DNA of 64,000 nucleotides, taken from NCBI RefSeq assembly GCF_006345805.1, contig NC_042998.1:64728001-64792000 (forward strand). The letters run 5' to 3'. A program made the position numbers and the translations under genes. The notes beneath the pieces are model-generated. The model had not been told where the DNA came from. It did no database searches and saw nothing but the letters and a program-made list of their open reading frames with translations. Shown piece after piece: positions 53,436 through 64,000 of the stretch. Source of the DNA: Octopus sinensis. Taxonomy: Eukaryota. Within the stretch, counting starts at the first letter, position 1; every line of letters begins with the position of its first letter.

Positions 53436-56400
53436 TAAAAACTGTAAGATAACAAAAGAAAGAAAGAGACCTCATTATCTTGGCTACTGAATAATTGTCA
53501 TATATTATTTTACAGATATATATATATATATCAGCAGCTCATGCCCTCATTCTATCCGCTATAAAGCATAATTCTGTCTTACTTTTGGTTTTCGAGTACT
53601 ATTTTCTCCAGCCTGTTTTTCACCTCTGTACTCACATATGAACACAGACTTTCACACACAAATATGGAGATGTATATGTATGAGTGTGCGTGTGTGTGTG
53701 TGTGTGCTTGTGTGCGCCTGAGTATGTGCATATTTTAGAGTGTACTATTGGAGTCATATAGAAATTACGACAACGTTTACAGTATCTAATTAAAGCAAAG
53801 TATGCTTGGTGGTATTCTCCATTTAATTTCTTTCATTGAAGAGGTTGGATTCCGTTCAGTCTTTCAATATAAAAATTTAGAATACCAAAAATTAGGGATT
53901 GTATCATTAAATGTGAAGTATTTATTAAATAAATATGTATTACTGCATTGGAAATAAAATATTTTTCTTCAAAAATATATTTCAGTCTCTTGATTATTGC
54001 TTCACCTGTTAGAAATAATACCCAATGTCCATAAAGTACGGAAGTAGATGGACAAAGAGAAAGTGCTTTGTAAGAAAGGAGAGTGTAAAGAAAAGTTTGG
54101 TATTCGTATGTGTGGGTGAGTGCACGCGCGTGTGATAACATGTGTCAGTGATAGCGTGTGTATTTTATACAGTAGCGCGTGTGTGCGCGGCAGTAACTGA
54201 GTGTGTATGGGTTCCGTGGTAGTGGTATATGTGTGTGATGCCGTGTGTGTGTGTAAGTTAGCGTAAGTGTGTATGACGGTAACTGTGTGTGTGTGGTAGT
54301 AACTGTGTGTGTTTATGCGTGTGGTAACTGGGTGTGTGTGCAGCGTGTGAGGTATTAACGTTTCGGGAATGCCTTCTCGGAAATCCCTTCCGGCTACACA
54401 TCAACAATAACAACTTCGACGGCACTTAAATATTTCATTTAACTATTTGCGCTATGATGTGCTATCTTCAATGTATATTGTGACTATTCAATACTAGTCC
54501 ACACATTTACCAACCTTCTATAACTTTCTGTTATTGAGCGTGGATATATTTCCATATTGATAAGACCTTGCAAAACTATATCATTGATAATTACATGCCC
54601 TCTAATTTAAACTTTGTACCTTTATTATTCATGTAAATACTGTACTTGTATTTACGTAAAACTACTTTTTTCATTTCTTTAAATCATCTGTTGGTTCTGT
54701 TTAACTGCTTTCCGTGGTATTTCAATGAATGTTACCTTACCATATCAAGCTTCAATGTAAATCTTGAAGCTCTTAAAATCAGTTTATCCTCCTATCGTGT
54801 ATTCTACTAAAATATCGCATCTTGGGTATCTAATCGTTATCTGAATCTAATGTGTTTTTTTTTTGTCTTCTGTATTTTGGAATATACACGCCAAATCATG
54901 CTCAAGGCAGACTAGCGTAAGCCGATGTATTGAACCATGATCATAACATATTTTATTCCGTACATTGACGAACTACCCACAGTTACTGCCATTAAAATTC
55001 TTTGTTTTGAAAATGATGACAACCGTATACTTAAATTTGTTTACAAGCAGCAACATGATGCAGAACAACATTTCTTATCGGATATATAATTTATAATTAC
55101 ATTGTCGCCTTCTATGTGACGGTCAATTCTGATAATATAATCTATTTTATTTAAACATTACAATGACGCGATCACAACACTATACAAAGGACTGCAATTG
55201 AACATTACGCTTTTTGTCATATACAACATACAATTAGATTCCTAAAATGAAATGTCTGACAAAATACTATGGCTTGTGCAATTAACCACTACAAACACCA
55301 AATGACCAAAACTAGTCGCCTATTGTAAAACGAAAATATTCTACTACAATGTGTTGACACCCTCTGGAATGGTAAAGAGAGGTTTAAATCAGATTATTCT
55401 ACCTATTTGTGAGGCAGTCCTGTATGAACACATATAATCTCTACTTTGAATATAATGTCATTTAATCATCTGGAAATATTTTACTATTCAAAATATTATA
55501 ATCATAAACTCACGAATATTTTGTTGCATTTCGAACCGTTTCTGTTTATTCTAACGTCTGATGATGCATCGATGATGGTGACAGCCTGAAACCCCCACCT
55601 CCTCTGTATCAAATGGCCATTCTATTCTATCTATTGTGCTTTAGTTCTGGTATTTATCGGGGGAATACTTAAACCAACTATAACTTCCTAGAAATTAAAC
55701 TATTTCGAACTTCGTTTATATTCATAAACAGTTTGAAAATGCCATGGAAACTGACATACCCAGCCTGAATCATATGGAAACTAAAAACAAATATTAATCT
55801 AAAAATAGCTTGGAACTGTTTGAATGAACCAACTATAACAATTAAAATGATATATAGCAGTCTTAACATTGTTTTAATATAGAAAGCAAACAAATTGAAA
55901 ACAAAAATGATCTCTGTTGTATCACCTCTAACTTAACCATATTTTAAAACTTTCAAATTGTAATTAGTTCCTGAGAATTTATTACTAGAATTGATACCTA
56001 TGTTAAAATATTGTAAGGCCAATTATTTTTTCTTTAAATTAATAAAACAAATATATTAATTAAACGTAACACACATGAAAAATATAAAATGGTCAAGAAA
56101 TGTATACTGTTAAAAGTAATAAATAATATCTATTTTTGTTTTGATAAGGATAAATGACCTGGAAATAATTTAATTTGTTGCAAACGAGAGTCCGATTAAC
56201 ACTGAAATTAAATTACATCTTTTATAATTGTAATGAATCAAAGTATAAACAACTCTGTGTTTTCAATTTTCTGTATGAGGAATATATAAATATTGTTTAA
56301 GACAATCTCAACAATAAGATCGATTACCACGAATAAATAAATAAATGAGATATTTATTTTTAATAATTGCAATGAAAACCAAACAACGAGATCATATCGT

Positions 56401-56479
56401 CTCAATACAATAAGCGTGTCTATAACAATGTTGAATTATCACAAATGCACGACGTCAGAAATGTTTCCATGGAATCTGG

Positions 56480-56920
56480 CGGAGTATTTAATTCTATCGG
56501 CCAATGTATGTTGAAAGTAACTTCGAAGATGAATTTAAAGGATCAGTTGAACTGAGAAGTTAATAAATACTCTGACTACCGTAATTCTCAACCGATTTAG
56601 CTGCGACTCCAGCAGTAAATTCTTCTTCGAAAAGTTGAGTTAACGGTTCCTCATGAAGATAACATGGACACCGCTCGGGCTCGAAAGACTGACCGTTAAG
56701 TCAGCCTTGAGGAATGTGGAGACGTAGGCTGGTAAGCGGAGCATTTTCCAATCGAAATTTGATGTAGAGGGTTTATTGGACACAGTGTGAAGCGACTGTT
56801 GTTATCGTTAGGCCTAACTCATCGCAAAGTAAATACCACCGATAAATATGACCGATATCCAAACTACAGTGGAAAATGCTAGCCACTTGAAGATGAACGA
56901 TGACTAAAAAAATATTGAGC
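56480..56920 (+). mobile_element. HERO-type RLE non-LTR retrotransposon C-terminal fragment
   Basis: VELTVPHEDNMDTARARKTDR*VSLEECGDVGW*AEHFPIEI*CRGFIGHSVKRLLLSLGL matches the ELTVPWE...GW...PVEVGCRGF signature. Confidence 0.8.
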
Positions 56921-57471
56921 TTTATTTGATAACCAGTTCATCTATCAAGCAGGGCCTCATATCAGTGATGGGGGGGGCACATTGATGCCATCGGGAGGTA
57001 GGCCCCGAAACAGTGAGCATTCTCTCCTGATGGCCCCATACACTTACTGGCTTCCGGTATGCGGAGTTCTCAACTAGTTAGCATATGCCTGTGCAAGTTG
57101 TTTGCAAAACAACAATATGGTTTACATGTGGAATTGTCGTATTTGATGTCTGAGCAGTAGCACTACTAGTTAAACCCTTCTCTACCTTGATTAAGTCATC
57201 TTTTAGAGAGCCTAGTCTGCACATGGAGAGAGGAGTTACCCGTAACGTATAGAGACGTATTTGGTTTGTCTTCTTCGTTTGGAAGAGTTTTACCAGCACT
57301 GTTTGTAGGTTATTTTTCTCCTTTCATTGCGTCTTTTATAGCGCAGAATCTGTAAACTTAATAAATGCGTTGTTACAGAATCGATCGATTCTGTAAGTTT
57401 GGTTTTTGAAAAGGGCGCATGGTTTTGGTGTATTTTAAATTTATAGCTTACAATGTTTTGTAACGTTGCAT

Positions 57472-57514
<43 letters not shown>

Positions 57515-57989
57515 ATTCTTATATTAATATCAAGCTAATATTGTAGCATGCATAGATGTTCTCTGGGAAAACAATCCCGAGAGATGAATTTATTAATTAT
57601 GAGCTGCTGGACATTGAATATCGTTTATAAGAGACACCAAAGTTATTTCAAATTTTGTAACATTTTCTTGGCAAAGGTTGATAAAATGAGTACAATTTGC
57701 GCACTGGGCAAGATATACCCAACCTACTCCCTTCTCGAAAATTTCTGGCATTATGCTAAAATTTTAAACCAATATTTATTGGAAAAATCTACATAAAGAA
57801 AACTATATTCTCGTTATTGAATGGGTTTGCTTAATTTGTGTTTAGAATACCCAAAATTTTTAGTCAGCATCAAAAAGTGAAAGCTTTATTCAGCTACGCT
57901 CTAAAGAAAAAAAGATGGAACATGTCCGGTCAGCAATCCAAATCTCTATTTTTGAAACATTGTTTAACTTAAGTATGATGATAGGGCCC

Positions 57990-59960
57990 TTGTACATTTC
58001 ATAAAAATCTCAAAATAAGGTGGTCAATTGTTCGATTATTTTCAAATATGTTAAATTGATTACACTGGTTTACGAGAAATTGTATCAGACATAAAAATAG
58101 TTGTTCCCGCCTAATTTGGAGGTGCTGATTTCAGTACAAAACCAGTTTTCACTTATCACCTCTAGTTTTTTAGATATACATTATTAAGATTTTGCGGCAA
58201 TTCACGTAACCATACATATAATCAATTCTTATTTGGTTTTCTAGATTTTTGTGATATGTATGGTACATATCTCTACAATAGATTCAGGTACATCAAAACA
58301 CCGGGGATGCATCGACAAGGTAAATTCATTTGCTACGTGTTTGCAGATTTCACGATAGGTGCATAGCGCCGAACAATTACATCCTTCCTGAGAACTGATT
58401 ACTTTCATTATTTTGACTGTGAAATCGGAGATCAGCAAAACTCCTGGGCCCCACACATCTGCTGTAAACCCTGCTGCAATAGACTGGCAAGAAAACAGCC
58501 TTCAACCTTGCTGTTTCGATGGTCTGGAGAGAGCAAAGTATCCATGCAGGTGGTTGTTATTTTGGTCTAACATATAGAACATGTTTCAATTCTTCTTCTA
58601 AGAAAAGATCAAATATCCCAACATTCTTTCAGATATGATAACTGTTCCCGACACACCCAGCAAATAAGAATCTTTTTCCTTCATCAGATTAAGAAATGCT
58701 TTCAGGAGAAGAGTCTACCTAGACGATCTCTTCAGAGGATAATGTCTCTGTTTATTCAGGAGCAAATGGCAATGAACCCCACCGGATCATGCAAGAAGAC
58801 CTGAATGACCTTGCCTGTGATTTGTAGCTATCTGACTAGCAGTCAGAGCTCCTGGCTTATGCAGTGTAACCTGGTCAAGACAGATGTAAGGATCACCATA
58901 ACTTTGCTTCATTCTTCGACATGGAAAATAGGTTTGTCACTTCACAAATATCTCTGGTTTGTTCACCTTACTTGGATTCCCACCAATCCCTCAGACTGGT
59001 GTCTTTTCATAGAGTCTTCCAAGCGAAGCCTGAAGGTTGTGTCCCAACGCAATGGCAATAAATACCCCCAGCATTCCCATTGCTTATTCAGTCCTTCTGA
59101 AGGAGTCGTATGAGAATATGGGGCTCGTTTTGGGAAGCTGTCAAGTACAACCAGTACCAGTGGAGTCTCTGCGGGAGCTTGAATGTAAATGCATATGTGT
59201 ATGCAAGCGGACTTCACAAGTAGTTATTTTCTCAATCAGTTGGGCTGTGTCCCAGCATTACAAGCAGAAAGACTAGGGATCGAGTAGCACTTTCGTGTTT
59301 GGTGAATATAGTGGCTAAGAAGATCCTCTGGTGGATATGAACAAGGTGCTTCTTCCTCTTCAAATCAAGCTTGGTTTAATGAAGAATTTCGCGAACGCTA
59401 TAAAAAGAAATGGCGCTGCCTTCTAATACTCGTGCACTCTGTTCCAGCTCTCACTTCTGCCAAGCTTAAGGAGGACATCTTCGTTGGACTTCAGATCTGA
59501 GAGGTGCTGAAGGATAAGGACTTTGAAGAGCTTCTTACCTGAGATCATGGGACGTATTTAAGTCAGTCTGCAATGGCTTCTTTGGTAACAAACAGGTACT
59601 AGATTACCAAGAATGTATCGAGAAGTTATTACAGCCTTGTGAGGATATAGGATGCCGAATGCCACTCAGAATTCATTTCTACACTCCCACCTCAAATTCT
59701 TCCCATCAAAGCTTGGAGCAGTGAGTGATGAGCATGGAAAAAGGGTTCCAGCGAGATATTACTAAGAAGGAGAGCAACTACTAAAGCAAGTAGTTTTGCT
59801 GGATGCTCTTGCCTAACATCCCGGAGGCAAAGTACACAAGATCGTAAAAAAAACTCACTTATAACTGTTTGCTGTACTATGATTTAAGTGTATTGTATTA
59901 TCCAAATAATTTAGTTCCATCAATGCTCTGTATCTATGCTGTTCTTGTTTCCGCAATATC
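57990..59960 (+). mobile_element. Sola1-like DNA transposon, degenerate transposase
   Basis: YFDCEIGDQQNSWAPHICCKPC, KYNQYQWSLCG, LQIKLGLMKNF, AKLKEDIFVG, FLHSHLKFFPSKLGAVSDEHG. Superfamily assignment from memory of these motifs; TIRs not resolved. Confidence 0.7.
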
Positions 59961-61078
59961 CCTTTGTAATAGATGAAATAAACACATTATATTATGAATT
60001 TATATTCAATATATTTAAAATGGGATATATGAAAGCAAAAGATACTAGAAGTGATAGAGCAAAACTGAAAATTGAATTCACCACATAAATATTAGTAAAA
60101 TAACACCTATTCACATCCTTAGAGCAAAAAAAATATTATAATAAAGCAGTGTTATAATGTGTTCGTAAGAGGGGATGATGGCGGTGTCTTCGAGTTTTGA
60201 ATGTTGATTTTCCATTTGGAGTGTCGTATTTCTTGCTGATAGGCGTTTGGAGAGTTAGTTCAGCTTTCATCATCCTTGGATAATTTATAAAACTATATTT
60301 CCATTTATAGTTTATTGCAGTGGAATATTTGCTGTACGTTCGTTTTATTTTATGAAAGTCTATCATACATACTCTTGGAGAATTTTTTTTGTTAGGTGCT
60401 AAAGGGTTCGGTGTATAAATATGTCTGATATTGTTTAACTTCTACATTTATGGTTATTTTCTTTTATATTTTGGTTTCTGTATTTGATTATTCCTTTCCT
60501 GATTATAATACATACAAGGTAAAAATGTTGACAGCATTTTAGATAGAAGGAGCATATTTGGTGCAATTTTTACTTTCCTATTTGATGTTATATGAACGGC
60601 TTCTGTATTTGAGATACTGCTTAGGGTTATGGTGTGAACATTATTTCCTGTTAAGCCGTTATGACAAAAGCATACTGGAAAGTGTAATAAATAACAGTCT
60701 TTTGTTGTTTTTGTCATTATATTCAAATGATATTAGTATAATTTTTCCAGGATCAGTACTGACTACGGAAATCGTATTAAAGTAACGTTGCTCTGCAGTT
60801 GGCGATAAATATCATCATGTTGCTCGATGAAGCCCGGATGCACTGTAATGGTGTGAGAAGAAATAGAATGCGACAGTAAAACCAATATCATAATAATCTA
60901 GAATTGTTTACTGATTATAATAGCGTCATTATTTGGCAACTGACCTTATGAAATGCGGTCAATCTTAATGCTTTTGTGTTGGCCAGTGCAAATTCATATT
61001 TAAACAACGGCTTGTTCACAAGAAGAAAGAAGTGTGCGATATCCCGTATTTGACGTCTTCATATATATATATATATAT

Positions 61079-61347
61079 CGGGCTGCGTGTTGTGTTCTCG
61101 AGCAAGGCACTTTATTTCACGTTGCTCCAGTTCACTCAGCTGTAGAAAATGAGTTGCGACGTCACTGGTGCCAAGCTGTATCGACCTTTGTCTTTCCCTT
61201 GGATAACACTGGTGGCGTGGAGAGGGGAGGCTGGTATGCATGGGCGACTGCTGGCCTTCCATAAAAACAACCTTGCCCAGACTTGTGTCTAGGAGGGTAA
61301 CTTTCTAGGTGCAATCCCATGGTCATTCATGACCGAAGGGGGTCTTT
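61079..61347 (+). mobile_element. SINE family C, 5'-truncated
   Basis: GGCTGCGTGTTGTGTTCTCGAGCAAGGCACTTTATTTCACGTTGCTCCAG...GACCGAAGGGGGTCTTT. Confidence 0.85.
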
Positions 61348-61598
61348 ACCATTTATATATATATATATATAATAGAAATATTAAAATTACTAAGTCTCTC
61401 TAAAGGAGATTACGGCAGCGTTAATGTATAATAATAGTTATCGACATACTAATATAACAGTCTAAATATAAGACGAAAGCTGTCGCTGATTAGCTCCAAG
61501 AGGCCACCGCCTCTAGCTAGCTATATGATACACGAACCTGCGTCCATTACAACCTTCGAACAGGGGAGGTCAGCCGCTTCACCTTGCTAGTCAGACAT

Positions 61599-61639
61599 CT
61601 GCAGACATGTTTCAGGGTTGTTGCCCTTTATCAATGCAG
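61599..61639 (-). ncRNA. Minimal type I hammerhead ribozyme with U3-A8 variant core
   Basis: CTGCA-TTGATAA-AGGG caacaa CCCT-GAAA-CATG-TC-TGCAG; all three helices pair perfectly. Confidence 0.75.
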
Positions 61640-61984
61640 CGTAGTCAGAACCAGCAAGTGTCGCTACTGACCGTCTTGTACGAATATTTTATTTACCTAG
61701 TTACATACATACATGGGAAGCAGTGAGGTTTTCATTTACTCTATTTCGATTTCTCTGCTTCAACACCAGTAAATTCAGCACACATACTTTGATATTTAGG
61801 GTGTTATATATTTCTATCAAATGATGTTTATAGATTTTCGTTGACACTGTTTGAGTCATGATATTTTAAATAATTAATCAGTAGATAATTTTGATTTGGC
61901 GTTATGAGATGAGAGCTATATTTTTGGCTTATAATATTAAGACAAGATAATGAGAAATATTCTTTGTCAATATTAATTGACTAA

Positions 61985-62390
61985 ATAAGGTGGCTAGCTT
62001 GCCGAACATTTAGCACGCCAGGCTAAAAGCTTTGCAGTATTCCGCCTGTCATGAGTTCAAATTTTGCTGAGGTCGATTTTGCCTTTAATCTTTTCGAGGT
62101 TGATAAATTAATTAGCACTAAAACACCGGGGTCAATGTAATTCCAAACTTTGTGCCTCTGGCAGAAAGGAATATTTATTGACTAAATAAGTCTAACACGG
62201 AGAACAAAATGTTAAACAACCTTTCGTTCATCTATATTTTCTGAGTTTAAATTCCGCCATGGTCGCCACTGCTTTTCATCATTTCGGGGTTGATAAGATA
62301 ACAACCAGATCAGCACTGAGGTCGATATAATCGACTTATCCCATATCAAGAAGTTTCTGCCTTTGTGCCTGAACATTGAAACCAATATTT
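61985..62390 (+). mobile_element. Two diverged family B SINE copies
   Basis: GAGTTCAAATTTTGCTGAGGTCGATTTTGCCTTT and GAGTTTAAATTCCGCCATGGTCGCCACTGCTTTTCATCATTTCGGGGTTGATAAG. Confidence 0.7.
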
Positions 62391-62404
62391 ATTGCACAAA
62401 TATT

Positions 62405-62735
62405 CTCTTTTACTCTTTTACTTGTTTCAGTAATTTAACTTTGTAAGCCTATTACTTATTCTATCCGTCTCTTTTGCCAAACCGCTAAGTTACGGTGACA
62501 TAAACACACCTGATAAACGATGTTAGGGGGACGAACACAGACACAAAAATATACACGCACATACATATATAAATATATATGCATATATACGACGAGCTTC
62601 TTTCAGTTTCCGCCTACCAAATCCACTCACAAGGCTATAGTGGATGAGACTTGCCCAAGGTGCCACAGAGTGGGACTGAACCCGAAACCATGTGGATGGT
62701 AAACAAGCTACTTACGACACAGCCAGTCCTGCGCC
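62405..62735 (-). mobile_element. SINE family A with internal deletions
   Basis: Reverse complement head GGCGCAGGACTGGCTGTGTCG...CGGGTTCAGTCCCACTCTGTGGCACCTTGGGCAAG. Confidence 0.8.
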
Positions 62736-63214
62736 TAACAATCCCGTCAATATTTATTAAATAAAGCTTAATAATTTGTCTAAACGGATATAAATTGTCA
62801 ATAGATTGCAGTTCGATAGGTTTGTATGTTACATCCATTCATACGTAAAATTGCTTTAGTTGTGCTCCTGATGATGTCACAGGGAAAACAAAAATACTTG
62901 CCGTTAATGAATCCGTCTTTGCAGTTAGAAATTTTTATTCTTTAGTAGGGAACAAGATTTAGGCTGAAGTTATGGACAATAATTCACAGACGCGCAATTA
63001 AATCAATGGCATGCAAGAGAATCTGAAAAATGAAATTGTTTTGCTTTTTGTCGTTGTTGCATCTACAGCACAAAAAAAAAACAAGAGAAGGATGAACATG
63101 TATATGTACAACTATTAACGTTTAAACAAAACGTAAGTTCAGTTCTACATTTAAGAGATAAGGAATTATGTACATTATTTACATTATTTACATTTGATGG
63201 ATATTTGTCGTCAC

Positions 63215-63720
63215 AAATTATGGTATTCCATAGTGTTGGCATAGCTTCCAGTATATGTAGGTCTCAATTCTGTTGGGTCTATGAATACATTTAAAAAATC
63301 CTTACGTCTCTGCTTTGAGACCTGATCTTCTCAACCATTGCTGGGATTTTTCTCTATTTTGCGTGTATTTTAGCCCAGTATTTGCCATGAATGGACTTTT
63401 CTTGCCATCCTTTTATCATGGTCCGTTGCTGTTCTAGTTTTAGTTTGGATTTCATTTGTTTTATAGCTTTTGCTGTTTCTTATTTTTATTTTTGTTAGGT
63501 AGTATGTCTTCTTGTATGTATTTGTCAGCTGCCTTACATACTGACAACTGTCTTTATTTTGTTTTGCTCGTGTTTTGTGGCTATTTCTATTTTTTTTTTC
63601 TTTTTTCTTGGCTTCTATACGTTGTATGTATAGCCTTTCTACGTCAGATTTTGGGTGTTGACACCTATTATCTTGTTTTCAGCATTGAGCTCTCTTTTCA
63701 GTATTGATTTGAGCTCTGTA
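63215..63720 (-). mobile_element. Dong/R4 deletion derivative next to (TAA)n
   Basis: Blocks homologous to about 24510-24560, 24740-24910, 24960-25040, 25120-25180 and 25290-25340 are joined directly. Confidence 0.8.
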
Positions 63721-63776
63721 TTCATTATTATAATTATAATTATAATTATAATTATTATTTTCATTATTATTATTAA

Positions 63777-63857
<81 letters not shown>

Positions 63858-63921
63858 CATCATCATTATCATTATTATTATTATTATTTTATTATTATTA
63901 TTATTATTATCATTATTATTA

Positions 63922-63954
<33 letters not shown>

Positions 63955-63984
63955 TATTATTATATTATTATTATTATTATTATT
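63720..63984. repeat. (ATT)n microsatellite
   Basis: Directly visible. Confidence 0.95.
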
Positions 63985-64000
63985 AAAGTCACTGTCTGGA

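Noticed and set aside
55678-55893. Hydrophobic minus ORF, possible GPCR-like fragment
   Set aside because: No family motif, and the composition is expected from AT-rich DNA.
56960-57015. GGGGC...GCCCC-GAAA-CAG after the HERO fragment
   Set aside because: The core reads GTGATGG and there is no UH triplet or helix I.
60751-60781. 31-nt candidate micro-exon (TTTTTCCAG|...|GTAACG)
   Set aside because: Splice-like sites alone are too common and no partner exons were found.
62868-62890. CTGATGA...GGAAA
   Set aside because: Folds as a simple CCTG/CAGG hairpin; no helix II or III.

Overview
AT-rich, microsatellite-saturated eukaryotic non-coding DNA. The SINE families, (TA)n/(CA)n/(TAA)n density and retroelement mix resemble coleoid cephalopod (Octopus-like) genomic DNA; this is pattern recognition, not a database result. 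No host protein-coding exon could be supported, and most of the ORF track is translated microsatellite. Recognisable elements: five Penelope-like element (PLE) fragments, three Dong/R4-type RLE non-LTR copies at (TAA)n, one HERO-type RLE fragment, an RTE 3' end, degenerate mariner, Tc1 and Sola1-like transposons, at least four tRNA-derived SINE families and several long hairpins. The main result is a set of type I hammerhead ribozyme (HHR) motifs from several unrelated repeat families. Four have a canonical catalytic core (13.6, 30.8, 39.9, 48.0 kb), one is a complete minimal motif with a compensatory U3-A8 core pair (61.6 kb), and several more are degenerate. One lies in an ORF-less 1.4-unit tandem with an inverted 5' segment, as expected for a retrozyme-like circular-RNA element or a PLE pseudo-LTR remnant. 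All structures were paired by eye and coordinates counted by hand (element edges approximate); no folding, alignment or search was run.
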